Assembly: GCF_036321535.1 (NCBI RefSeq)
Contig: NC_087437.1
Span: forward strand, 104,224,001 to 104,288,000
DNA: 64,000 nt
Reading direction: 5' to 3'
Origin: Camelus dromedarius
Taxonomy: Eukaryota
Shown here piece after piece: positions 1 to 12,078 of the stretch; positions within the stretch are counted from its first letter, which is position 1; every line of letters begins with the position of its first letter. Position numbers and translations under genes: made by a program. The notes beneath the pieces were generated by a model that had not been told where the DNA came from, searched no databases, and worked only from the letters and a program-made list of their open reading frames with translations.

Positions 1-59
1 TGTTTGTACCTCTATTTCACTCTCTTATGCATTTTTTTCTCTTTGTTTCTCCTTGCCAG

Positions 60-900
60 ATAGTGCATTAGACAATGCTAGACAGGGTTAGTGGGATAAC
101 ATTGCTCTAATTATTCTAGATTTTTAACAAGTCATGTTATTTGGTACTCCATATTCTCCAACTTTGTTTCCCTTCTTATTTAAGATTCCCTTTCTGTTAC
201 TGATCCTTTTCATTTGCATATAAGATGCATAATTTCTGTTAAATTTTACAGCTATAACCTCCTGAGATATTGAGATTGAATTGAATATAGACAAACAATG
301 GGTAGAAAGTGTTTTTTTACAATGTTGAATCAGTCAATCCATGGAAAAAGTGTTTCACATTTTTTGAGAATTTATTTATTCTCAGTAATGTATTCAAATT
401 TGTACAAAATTCTTATTTTTTTTACCTTTGTATTCAATAAAGACGAATTTAAAGATTAATGCTATTGCAAGTATTGTTTTGGGAATTTCATTTTCTAAGT
501 GCTTTTGCTAATATATGGAAATAGTTTTTATAAATCAATTTGTGTCCCACCACCTTTTTTCTATTCTCTTATTAATTCTATTTTTTTTTCCTGAATTATA
601 GTTGATTTATAATGTTGTGTCAGTTTCTGGTGTACAGCATAGTGATTCAGTTACATATATAGATACACATATATACTTTTTTAATATATACATATTATTT
701 TTCATTATATGTTATTACAAGATATTGAATTTAGTTTCTTCCCTTATTAATTCTAATAGTGCACCTGTAGTTTCTTTGATTGTTCTATGTATATTATTAT
801 GTCATCTGGAAATAATGATAGTTTTATTATTTTCTGATCCCTTTAACTTTTGTTTATTTTTAGTTTTAGTTTTTTTATTGCACTAACTGGAATTTCTGAC
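60..900 (-). mobile_element. Ancient L1 (L1M-type) ORF2 remnant, interrupted by a younger L1 fragment
   Basis: Antisense L1 ORF2-like phrases (ttgagattgaattgaatatagac, tttacaatgttgaatc, atgtcatctggaaataatgatagtttt); heavily diverged. Confidence 0.6.
581..742 (-). mobile_element. 5'-truncated L1 3' end with target-site duplication
   Basis: polyT then tagttgatttataatgttgtgtcagtttctggtgtacagcatagtgattcag; TSD cttattaattcta at 568-580 and 743-755. Confidence 0.85.
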
Positions 901-1199
901 TTGTATATGGAGATATACAAAAAATGTAGAAATAGTTATGGAAGGTAAGAATACAGATAAGCGTATGACTATAGATACCATGTGAACATAAATCAAGGGG
1001 TGTATGGCAGAGTATTAAATCAGAAATATATATTGATTTAAATGGTCAATTCTTAGAAATAGGAAGTTTGAATTTATTGCACAAAATCAACTTTTCACTG
1101 TTTTCCACTGAATATCCTACAGCAGTGATACATGTCATCATTGTGGTTTTCACTATTATTATTATTGTGGACAATTTGGATCAGGTAATTGTTGTGACA

Positions 1200-1570
1200 A
1201 ATGCTTTGCCACTCTCTTTATGGGGAATCCTCAAGACCACCATCAGGTTCAGTGATTTGCTCTAAAGACTCATAGGACTCAGGAGCGGTGATAACTCACG
1301 GTTACAGTTAATTACAGCAAAAAGATACCTATTAAAATCAGACCATCAAGCAAAAGTAGGTGGTCACCATGAATAACAATGTTAAACTCCCTGGTCATAC
1401 TGGTACAGTGCGGCCCAAGACCTCAGATGTACAAAAACACTCTTATCAAACTGATTATTTCAAGAGCTTCATTCCTAAGAGCTAGCCAAAGGCCCATCCT
1501 GAAAATAGGCCTTTTTGGGAAAGTACAGGTTTAGAGCAACCCAGCCTTGCTGAATTAACCCTCTCCTGTA
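1200..1570. mobile_element. MER21-like ERV LTR fragment
   Basis: cctcaagaccaccatcaggttcagtgatttgct...actcacggttacagttaattacagcaaaaagatacctattaaaatcag matches recalled MER21 consensus. Confidence 0.7.
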
Positions 1571-2229
1571 TGCTCCCCTGTGAATTTTCATATGGTGTAT
1601 AGATATTCCTGATGTTTGGAAAATATTCTGCTACAAAGTCCTAGATTTACTACAATGTACATAGAAAATTTAGGTGATTTTTAAAAATAGCTCTTAACTT
1701 GGCTTTGTTATTAATGTGTTGTTTTATCATAATATTTTCATTATATTCATTTGTAGTATGCTGTGTGTATATATGTGTGTACATATGTACTCAATGTTCT
1801 GAACTCATTATCATAGCCAAGAATATGGCTCTGGTTGTGTTTTTGCATGAAAAGCTTTTGTATTTAAAAAATATACTTTCCTCAGCATTCAATTTTCTGT
1901 AAAAATAAATGATTCTTCCTAATTTGTATTTACTATTATTATATTTCTAGTACATGCATTTTTGTCTATTTCCCTATCATTCTTGGGACTTTAAAATGTA
2001 TGATGTCTAGGTTTACATATTTATTATAATGTTTATTGATAATGTCTCAGCTCATTAATATTCTTAAACTTGTTGCTATAAAATATATTCAACCTAAATT
2101 TTAAGAAAAATTTATAGTGTTTTGGCTGGTCTGGTTCTTGATCTTTCTGAGTCATACCTACATAACCATTACCTTTGAACTTATTATGCTCATACTGTTG
2201 GGTTATAAAGTTAATAATTTATATTAGGT

Positions 2230-3690
2230 AAAAGAGGTATATATGGACATGGTAGATAAATTGGGGATGACATTAAAGGATTATTATTGGGTATCACTAT
2301 AGACATATACAAGTAGACAATAGAATATAAAAATGAGTATAGAAGAAGATTCATACACGTATGGTCACCTGATTTACAACAACAGTGGTCAGCTCTCTTG
2401 TGCAATAGGGAAAGGACCGACTTTTCAATAAGCTTAACTGATTACATATGGACCAAAAATGATTCTTAATTATCACATCACACTGTCATCAAATTTCGAT
2501 TTAGGAAAGTTAGTAGTTATAAATGGAAACTTTAAAAAAATTAAGCCTTTTACCTGAAAATTTTAAAGTAATACATTTATATTATAATAGGTGAAGAATT
2601 TCTTATTTAGCAAGGATAAAGTGTTTACCATAAAGAAAAAAATGATAAATCATAGTGCATTAAATTTAAGATTGCATTACAGAAAAGACACCATTGAGAA
2701 AGTAAAAAAGGTAAGAACACAGTGAAAGAAGTATTATGAAATACACATCTGAAAAAGAATGTATGTGTAATATACATAAGGGAATCTTGCATAGTAATAT
2801 AATAGAAACATACAATCTAGTTTAAAATAATAGGTAAAAGACTATATGAGCACTTTGAAAAAAATGGATATCTAGAAGACTAATAAGCATATATCATGCT
2901 TTACTTCATAAATCCTTATGAATGCAAATCCCTGGAATATCAGAAAGTTTAAAATGAAAAAGACTGACAATACGTAGTGTTAGCTAAATTAGAAGGTGAC
3001 TGGGATTCACACCCGTCACTGGTGGGTGTATAAACTGCTGCAACCACTTTAGAAAATTGTTTGACAGTATCCACTTAAATCAATACTAGTATAACCTAGG
3101 ACTCAGCAATTTCACTTCTAGGTATATTCTCGACAAAGATGAGAATATTCACCAAAATAAATGTATCATATCTCTGAAGCAGCACTACTCATAACATTTG
3201 AACAAAAATATGTCCAAGTGTCCTTATCCTTCAATAACTGAATGGTTCAATAAACACTGATATATTTATACCATGAAATACTAAACAGCAATAGGAGTGA
3301 AAAACATATATACAAGTATACAAGACCACAGGTCTTAAAAATATTATTGCTGAGGGAAAGCAACTACAAAAGAATACATACACTTGTATTACGTTTATAT
3401 GATTTTCAAAAACAGCAATATTGACCAATGCTCTTAGCAATGTTCGTAGAATGACCCATGTTCCAGATCACAGTATGATAGTGAATAAAATTAGACATGA
3501 GTGCTTCTGAGGTTCTGGTAATGTTAATGTTGTATCTCTTGGTCTGAGTGTTCATCACATGATGTGCCTACTTTGTGATAATGTATCCAGTTGTACAATG
3601 TATTATGTGCAGTTTTATTTATGTATGTTTTACTTCAGTGGTAATTTTACTTTAAATGAATATACATGATTTAAAAATTAAAAAATATCA
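2230..3690 (+). mobile_element. Old L1 (L1M/L1ME-type) ORF2 3' part and 3' UTR
   Basis: ggtgggtgtataaactgctgcaaccactttagaaaa, gactcagcaatttcacttctaggtatat, cttctgaggttctggtaatgtt. Confidence 0.75.
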
Positions 3691-4084
3691 TGATATGATA
3701 TGTCTTAATTATAAAATAATTTTATATAAAATAAGTGTTTTATAATAATTATTGTGGATTAATTCCATAATATTTCCTTCATTTTTCTAACTCGTTCTTT
3801 TTCTGTATTTCTTTGCTCATGCCTTGACATGATAATTTTTTAAAATAATTTTAAGACTAATACATTCCAGCTCCATTTTGCAATATAAAGTTTGGAGAAA
3901 TAGAATGCCATATATTTCAACCCAAGGTACCATGGATCAAATGGGATTTCTTAGAAATCAGATTCCAAATGGAAAAAAAATTTGCACTCATAAGTAAAAT
4001 TGATAATTTTGGAAGTATTTTTAAAAAACCCAGAATTTAAAACCCTAGAATAATATTCAAATATATTTCTATAGAATTCTTATG

Positions 4085-4435
4085 AGCAGAGGTGAGATAG
4101 ATGAGCACCACCGGGAATTAACACCCCAGGGAGGAGTACCCAACCAAGACTGCATTTGAGTTAGTGGATAAATACCTCTGCTTTTTGGAATCTGAGTAAG
4201 ACGCCTCTAGGCTGTCTCCCAGAGGGTTTCAGTGGGACAAAGGCCCAGTTAGCCTTTGCAAACATTGCTCATCAATGCCTTCCTTATTCACCTTTTCCTT
4301 TGCTGTCTCCCTTCCCCTTCTCCTACCTCCTAGATTCTAGATTCATCATCCCTAGATTCCTGTATTGCTCCTAGATTCATCTCCCAATTAAACTTCATGC
4401 ATGACAATTCCTGTACCAAATACTGTTTCTCAACA
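4085..4435 (+). mobile_element. LTR16C-like ERVL solo LTR fragment
   Basis: ggaattaacaccccaggga...gtggataaatacc...tctcccagaggg...catctcccaattaaact matches recalled LTR16C. Confidence 0.75.
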
Positions 4436-6080
4436 CAACTTAATGAATTGTTAAAGCTGAAAATGGAATTGAACTTAGATAACAAATCTCACCAGTATAT
4501 TTACAAGATCATTGAATTTGGGGAACAGTTTTCTAGGAGTTTTTTGAGAGGCATTCTGGCCCTACTGCACAGTTAGTGCTTTAGCCTATCTCCTGGCAAA
4601 TATGCAAGAACATCAAATTAAGGTAGGAAAAAAAGGCAGGCTCTACCATTTTTATATTTTTCAAATAAAATCATCATTTTTATTATGAAATTTATAAAGA
4701 ATATGTTTTTCTTTTTAGTTATAATAGACAATAATTTATTAAATTATCACTGGGTTTTTTTGATAAATATTTTTTCTGCTCTTGACTATTTGTATTTTTA
4801 ATATCAGAAAGTTTTGTGGTTTTATAAAAACCATGTTATTTCTTATGAGGCATCGCAGATAATTTTAGAATGAATTAGAAAATAAATAAACAATAACGCT
4901 AGAAATAGAACATAAACACTATTATACTGCATGATTCTGCTTGCAATTATTTCCTGTCAAGGATCCAGGATATCTCTTAGTCTGTAACTCTGTCAATGTA
5001 TAAAATGCAGTGACTGTTCCACAACCAATGTCTTCAAACAATATTTAGCCTCTTTTGGACACAAAGAAAAATGTGCAGAAGTTACCATCAGCAACTCAAA
5101 AGCACTTAGAAAATGCCAAGAGGAGAGATGAGAACGATATCTCAAATAAAGCATCTTTGCTGCAAAAATAACTTTTTTTTTTGGATCAATGGCTTCTAAG
5201 TTACATTGAATAACTCACAGGTAGCTTACTTCAGTTCTTCCTAATTCACCTACGTTGTCGACAAGAGCAAGAACTCCTAACAGTAGGCAAAAAAAGTAAA
5301 AGAACACATAAAGATCTATACATTTTTATCTGGGGTAACATTAGAAACACTTCCAATAACTTAAAGTTTTCTTCCCCTCCACCTTCACTCTTTGTGTACA
5401 GACGCATTAATTCATTAAAAAAAAAAAAAAAAACGTAAACAAGAAACATTCAAGACTACTGCTTCGGAAGTCTAAACATATTTTTCTTGGTTTATTTTTT
5501 CTTATGATCTAGTTGGAGATGTTAATTAGAGTATGTCCTTATTACTACAGACTAAACTGCTACCTGTAATTTAGACACGTTTCTATATTAGCTGACACAC
5601 AGTTACAACAAAATTAATTTGATGGGAAAGTATGGAACAGCTCCAGAAAAAAGTAGAAAAAAGTTGACCAATGTAAAATTTCCCTTTCTCAGTATAATTC
5701 CAGAGTCATCCACTTCCAGCTAGTGCCAATATATCACTCAGAACTATGTAATTCAGGTTTTTTTTTTTTTTATTCATTTCTAGTCAACATAGTAAACCTT
5801 GAGAGAATCGGTTTTGAACTGAGAGAGAACTCATAGTGATAGAGGAGAAAGAACACTAGGAGTGTAAGAGACATACTCATAGAACTTTATTTAGCATATT
5901 CTCAATATTTATACCATCCAAACTACACCCAATTTATAACAGAATGCTGGAGGAAGGGAAGATGTGACTAGAAAGATCACATCGCATCAGCCTGCTTACT
6001 AACACCATGTATCCCAAAGTCTCTGAAAGCCTCACAGACAGATGTTCAGTCTCAACTGGAGCCCGATGGCATTAAAAATA

Positions 6081-6433
6081 CATCACTTATATGCAGAATC
6101 TAAAAACAGGACACAAATGAACTTATTTACAAAACAGAAACAGACTCACAGACATAGAAAACAAACTTATGGTTACAGGAGGAAGGAGGATGGAGGGATA
6201 AATTGGGAGTTCAAGATTTGCAGGTACTGACTATTACATAGAAAAGAGATAAACAGCAAGGCTCCACGGTATAGCACAAGGAACTACATTCAGTATCTTG
6301 TGATGGCTTTTACTGAAAAAAAAATATGAAAAGGAATATATATGGATATAAAACTGAATCACTATGCTATATACTAGAAATTAACACAACATTGCAAACC
6401 CACTATTCTTCAATTTTAAATAAATAAATAAAA
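6081..6433 (+). mobile_element. L1 3' UTR (cetartiodactyl type) with A-rich tail
   Basis: catcacttatatgcagaatcta...acagaaacagactcacagacatagaaaacaaacttatggttac; (taaa)n tail. Confidence 0.9.
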
Positions 6434-7064
6434 CCACCACCTATCAAAAACAAAAACAAAAGAAAGCACTTTTCCTCAAGTGATTACCAGAGGTGATCCT
6501 GGTTTTGCTCCGCAAGTTTCCTATTTGCAATTGCTTACCCTCCATAAAAGACCTGGATACACCTCAGACCCTTCAGTTACTCTACTGAGTCACAGGGATA
6601 AAAGGCAGAGGAAGATGTGCAGGGGGAAAGCATTCTCCACTCAGAGCCCAACTCAGTGCCCACGTTTCAAATGGACTGCTTCATGGCTACCCACAATCCT
6701 TTGTTCTCCAGGTCTTTTCAGCATGATGTGAATGCAATAAAAATGATATTCTCTGTTATAGTCAGAAAGTTGAAATCCTTGTGAGCAGGTGACGGCACAC
6801 ATCTAGAGGGTTACCATATACCCGTGGCAATATGCTTTTGTCCCTGTCATGGGAAAACAAACTTCTGATATTCCCTGTTTGTCAGAATAGGTGAAAAGAG
6901 GCATTCATGATCAATTGCTACGTATCTGATACCAGTGACCAGGGAATTGATTTGATCCAGATAGAAGACACCTAGAACAAAACTGTAACTGAGTCACAGA
7001 CGTATCACCATCCTGGCATCTTTCTAACCTTTGACGGTGGTACTAACACCACCACAAGAACATG

Positions 7065-7066
<2 letters not shown>

Positions 7067-7096
<30 letters not shown>
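7067..7096. repeat. (CA)15 microsatellite
   Basis: Direct reading. Confidence 0.95.
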
Positions 7097-7098
<2 letters not shown>

Positions 7099-7617
7099 GG
7101 TCTGGTATTGCTTATCTGGTAAGGAGAGAGGAATTCCAGTGATTTCTACTGAATCCTATATAATCAAAATAGTCAGGTCGTACTTCATGGTTCACGGTCT
7201 GGGATAAGAAGCCCAAGGCCTAATAAGAGAAGTGTTTATAGTCAAAAATGGGTTTATCACCAGATGCTTACATGCTTCTCTGTGTGATAGCCCAGGGAAG
7301 TGTCTTGAACCCCTAAAATTGGAGTCATTTTAAAGTTAATTTTCTACATTTTTTTCAAGAGGCACTAACAATTATGCTTTTTGTAAAGCATAGTTACACA
7401 GGTAAAGACCCAAAAGTTAGACACTGGAAGAAATGGAAAAAAGATCAGATTGTGTACTTAGAGTGATGTGGTATGGTTATTCTTCAATGCTGCATTTTTA
7501 AGGGACACTGAAGATCACAACTGACTTATATTTGGAAGATTGGTGAAAGGTTATACTCTTAATCAGATATTCACCAACTATTTACATTCTGTTTCACAAA
7601 AAGTACACACTCTAAAT

Positions 7618-7820
7618 CAGATATTCACAAACTATAGCCCACAGAGCAAATCCAGCTTGATACCTGTTTGCAAATACAGTTTTAATGGAGCACACTCAAC
7701 GGACCATGGTTGCTTTCACACACAGTGGCAGAACGAAGTAACCATAACAGAAGTCATATGGCCTGCACGGTCTGAAATAGTCACCATTCAGCCTTAAACA
7801 GAATATTTTAGTAACCTCTG
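7618..7820 (+). mobile_element. MER58A hAT-Charlie MITE
   Basis: cag...caaactatagcccacagagcaaatccagc...tatggcctgca...acctctg; imperfect 8-bp TSD ctctaaat/ctctaata. Confidence 0.8.
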
Positions 7821-8432
7821 CTCTAATAGTTAGGTGGAATTCTAACTCCCTTACAAGCTGTAGATTCTCTTTACATAGGCTAAATAATACTTTACTATTT
7901 CTATAAGTTTAATGTCTAGATGTCTAGTGATTATACAAAGCAAGGGATCTCTATGAAATACACCAGTATTTTCCAAATTTGCCTAATTAAAGAAACTTCT
8001 GGGAATATATATACACACACACATATATACATGTATTTCCAGGTTCACTATTTAATATTCTGACAGTATTTCTATGGTAAAATTAAGACATCAGAATTTC
8101 GTCGAAATAATCACATGTAATGATGATGAGAACTTTGGAAAGATCAGAGAAGACTAGTTACAGGTAACTGCTTATTAAGCTTGCTTTACTATTAAGTATA
8201 TTAACCATAATTAAGCCAATCTGGGTTCAGGTGGTTAAATGCTCCCAGTTAAGATTACCATACTAGGATGCTCCTGTTCCTGCTGAATTTAGGGAATTAG
8301 TTTCAATCATGTGTTTTCCAAACCATACTCCCTAAGAGTCTCATATTACTGAAACCTGACCTAATTTAATGAATATATTGGACAGGAAAACATATGACTC
8401 TTCCAAACGTATAGCAATTTTTTTGGTTTTGG

Positions 8433-8436
<4 letters not shown>

Positions 8437-8480
<44 letters not shown>
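8437..8480. repeat. (GT)22 microsatellite
   Basis: Direct reading. Confidence 0.95.
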
Positions 8481-8483
<3 letters not shown>

Positions 8484-8599
8484 CGCTGGAGTGTGCTAAG
8501 GTTGCCAAAGACTCCTGTTTCCAAATTAAATGAATTTTCCTGTCCATGTCTAACTTGACTTTTCAGCAGTACCTGATACATTTATACAGAACAATAAAT

Positions 8600-9250
8600 T
8601 CCACACAAGTTCTCATTATCCCTAAAATCTAAAATCTCAGTCCTGTTAGTTATATCTTTAAATACCTATGTAGTCTGGCTACTTCTATCAAATCATCTAC
8701 CACCATTCTAATCTAAAGTCATCATCATTCCCTTCCTTCCAAACTGATACACCTGTTTCGCCCTTGTCCATCCGGGAGATGCACAGGTGCAGTGAGAATC
8801 TTTCTAAATCAATAATAATAATACTTTATGTTTATTTATAATTCTCCCAAGGATTCCCATTGCCCCCAGAATAACCTCCAAACTCATTAGTATGACTTGA
8901 ATTGGACTCCAGTTTAGCTCCTGTCTACCCTTCAGTCTCATCATTCATCGCTCTGCCTCTTGCTTAGTCATCATTTACACAGTGATGTTGCTGAAACAAG
9001 GACCACAGACATGCTGTCCCATCTGCCCCAAAGCCCCTTCTTGTGTTTTCCTCCCACCCCCTTCCTTTGAACTATTTCTGCTTAAGATCTTTTAAAGTAC
9101 ATATGTAAAGAAGAGGGAGTTGGTATAATATCAATTGCACTTGAAATGATTTCTGCAGTGCTGTAAGCTCGTAAGAGACGGGAACCTGATTGCTCACTAG
9201 CTCCTGAATATCTAGCTACACAAAGGAAATTACAATCTGTGTCGAATAGG
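8600..9250 (+). mobile_element. L2 LINE fragment
   Basis: cagtcctgttagttatatctttaaata...gcagtgagaatctttctaaa...ggattcccattgcccccagaataacctccaaactc typical of L2 3' region. Confidence 0.65.
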
Positions 9251-11279
9251 ATACCTTTCCCCCAAATATCTTAATCACATTATGTTTCATTCACTTATTA
9301 AAATTCTGAAGTTAAATTTATATAAATGTAACACAGGAAGTTCAAGTACTTCCCATTGATCAACTAGTTTAAGAATTTTAAGAACTTAACTCTGATTTCT
9401 CTATAATGAGTTAATGAGAGATTTTTCTTTTTACTCTTTATTTACCATAAGGTTTGTAAAATATTGATGTTTCCTACACTGATCTAATAAATTAGCTTGT
9501 ACTAAATAATTATTTAAACTAAAGATACAATCGCGAGTTCAGGCAATTTATAGCTATTTGGATTGATACATTTCACAGGTACAACTGGCAGCTGTTAAAA
9601 TTCTCTAATAAGTTTTCAGAAAATCAGCCTATGAACACAAATAAGGGATGGCTCAAAATAAGACAAATACCATATGCCTGGTGAGTCCCATTTCTTTTCC
9701 TCTAATTAGGATTGTGAGATTCAGATCCAAAACACACTCCCTAAAATCTAAAATCTCAGTCCTGTTAGTTATATCTTTAAATATATAAACAAAGATTATG
9801 TCAGAACAATAAATCACTGTAGTATTTCATAGTACACAAAACTACTTATTGTATTTTCAAACGGTCACTTTGTATAGCTATAATAGCAAAAAAGTAAATG
9901 CTGGTTGTCAGCAAATTCCCAGTGAATACCGCTTCCTCAATTTAATAAAACATATCAGAAAGCAATTAAGAGTAACATTTGGAAAACTTCCGTATGTTAT
10001 TTGATTAATAATATTTGTATAAATTGCATAGTACCATTAGAACTAATTACTTGCTGTGATCTCATAGGTTATAGTGACAAATTATGTGCTAAAAAATATT
10101 TGTTTCTTAGCCATGTTGCCATAGGTTAATTGGTAATTAAAGGGGAATATTATGCTTACACATTCCTTTGCCTGACCACTTTCCAAATAGGTCATTTTTC
10201 AGAGTGGAATTTTGTATGAGAATATGTAGTCAAAAATACTAATCCCTATATAAATGTATGTAACATTTAAAGAAAATTTTGATGGGCAATTGGTCACAGA
10301 AAAAAAGAAAGGGAAGTAGAAAAGAGGAGAACACTTATGCTGTCGCTAAACTTATGTAAGGGTAACTCCCAATAAAGTTAAGTCAATGAAATTTACCTGT
10401 TAGTCCCTGTGCGGAGCGAGAACTTGCACATGCATTAGTAGGTAGTGGGTACATCCAATTTCTTCTGTCTTCTCTAGCCAGGGTAATATTTGTTGAATGT
10501 GCCCAGATCTGAGAAGCAAAATTCAATGACAAAAAGTATTAACAAAAGAAAGGAACAGAACTCCATTTTGATGGAGTTTAGATATAGAAAAAAAAATGTG
10601 TGTGTGGGTGATTTATCTATCTATCTGTATCTTTGTGGCATAATTATTAAGTACAGCAAAACAAACTGAGTCTTACACGCATCATGTAAAACAGCTGTTA
10701 CAGAGCCTGGTGTGAAAGGTAATGGGGACCGGAAATTTTACAAAACAGTTGCCATCTTTTAACATTTAAGTTTTGTGAAATGCCAATATTAATTTTCATT
10801 CACTTCATAGTGGTTTGGCAATTAAGAATGTTTATTAAAAGCATGTGTATGTTACTTAATTGGTCTGTTTTGATGATTACAACTTTCTTTATAAGAAGGG
10901 ATCTCAGCTCCTCCCAAATTCTCCTTCACAGGTGTCTACAGAACTCAAGACAGAGTGGTGTCTGAGGTGAAGTCCAAGGACACTCAGTTAATCCCTTTCC
11001 TATTCCACATGTAGACTTTATACTATTCTTCCATTCCATAGGTTGTCTCTTTTTATTTTGCTTATGGTACATTCTTTTATAAAGATAACTCTAGCAGAGA
11101 AGTAGAGAATGGACCAGAGAGGAATTCCATGGAAAAAATCCAAATGATAAAGTATAAAGGTTAAATGAAGTTTAGGGTGAGTGGAAATAGAAATGGAAAG
11201 GAAGAAATGAATTCACAACAGACACCAGCAGTAGACAAAAGGCCAGTATATCATAACAGTTGAATCAGGCATCAAACAG

Positions 11280-11375
11280 GTCACTTGATTGCTGTGTGAT
11301 CTTGGGTCAGTTACTCATCTATTCCTCAGTTTCCTTGTTCTAAAACTGGGAAAATATTTATACTTAGCTACTTGT
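11280..11375 (+). mobile_element. MIR core fragment
   Basis: gctgtgtgatcttgggtcagttactc...cctcagtttccttgttctaaaactggg. Confidence 0.7.
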
Positions 11376-12028
11376 TTTATTATTGAATTTACAATATCTC
11401 TTCCTATCATTTAAATCTGCCTTGATAGATTTTTTCGACAACAATAATCTTCTGATGGATTCCACTTGTATTTTCAAATTAAGAATTCAAACTTTGCTGG
11501 AAGGACATGCACGTTCAAGCAGAGAGTTGTTTTTTTTTTGTTTGTTTGTTTGTTTTTTCCCATTAAACTAAGAAGAAATGGTGAAGTATGTAAAGTTTCT
11601 CCTTCAGAAATTTAGAAAAAGGGTTTCTGCCTTAGGCCCTAGGTTCTTTTTGATCCTGGGCAGTTGTCTGTGCTAATTTCCACAGTTGCTTCTAAACTTT
11701 ACACTCCTTTTTCAGAAATAATGATAAAAAGGAACCTTACTGAAAAATGAAGAAATTACTTCTAAGTAGACTGCATTTTTTTTACCATAAACATTTCTAT
11801 AAAAAGCAATTGAAGTTTATTACCATGGTTGTGACAAGAGGGTTAATATCAGAGGTTGAGGCCTACACAATAATGTTCTAAATAATTATTCATAAGGAAC
11901 AGGTATGTTAAGATTGAGTTTGTGTGATGATGATTTTTACATTTACTAAATTGTTTGTATAATAGAGCGTTTTTTTTCTCGGAAACACTATTTTACAATC
12001 ACTCCATATATATATTATAATTACTACA

Positions 12029-12078
12029 TTTTTAAACGTTTTTTTATTGATTTATAATAATTTTACAATGTTGTGTCA
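12029..12078 (-). mobile_element. ~50-bp extreme 3' end of a young L1
   Basis: Reverse complement nearly identical to 21441-21490; short TSD actac (12023-12027, 12078-12082). Confidence 0.8.

Noticed and set aside
4329..4381. Four ctagattc repeats
   Set aside because: Local slippage inside the LTR16C-like element; irregular spacing, not a CRISPR-like array
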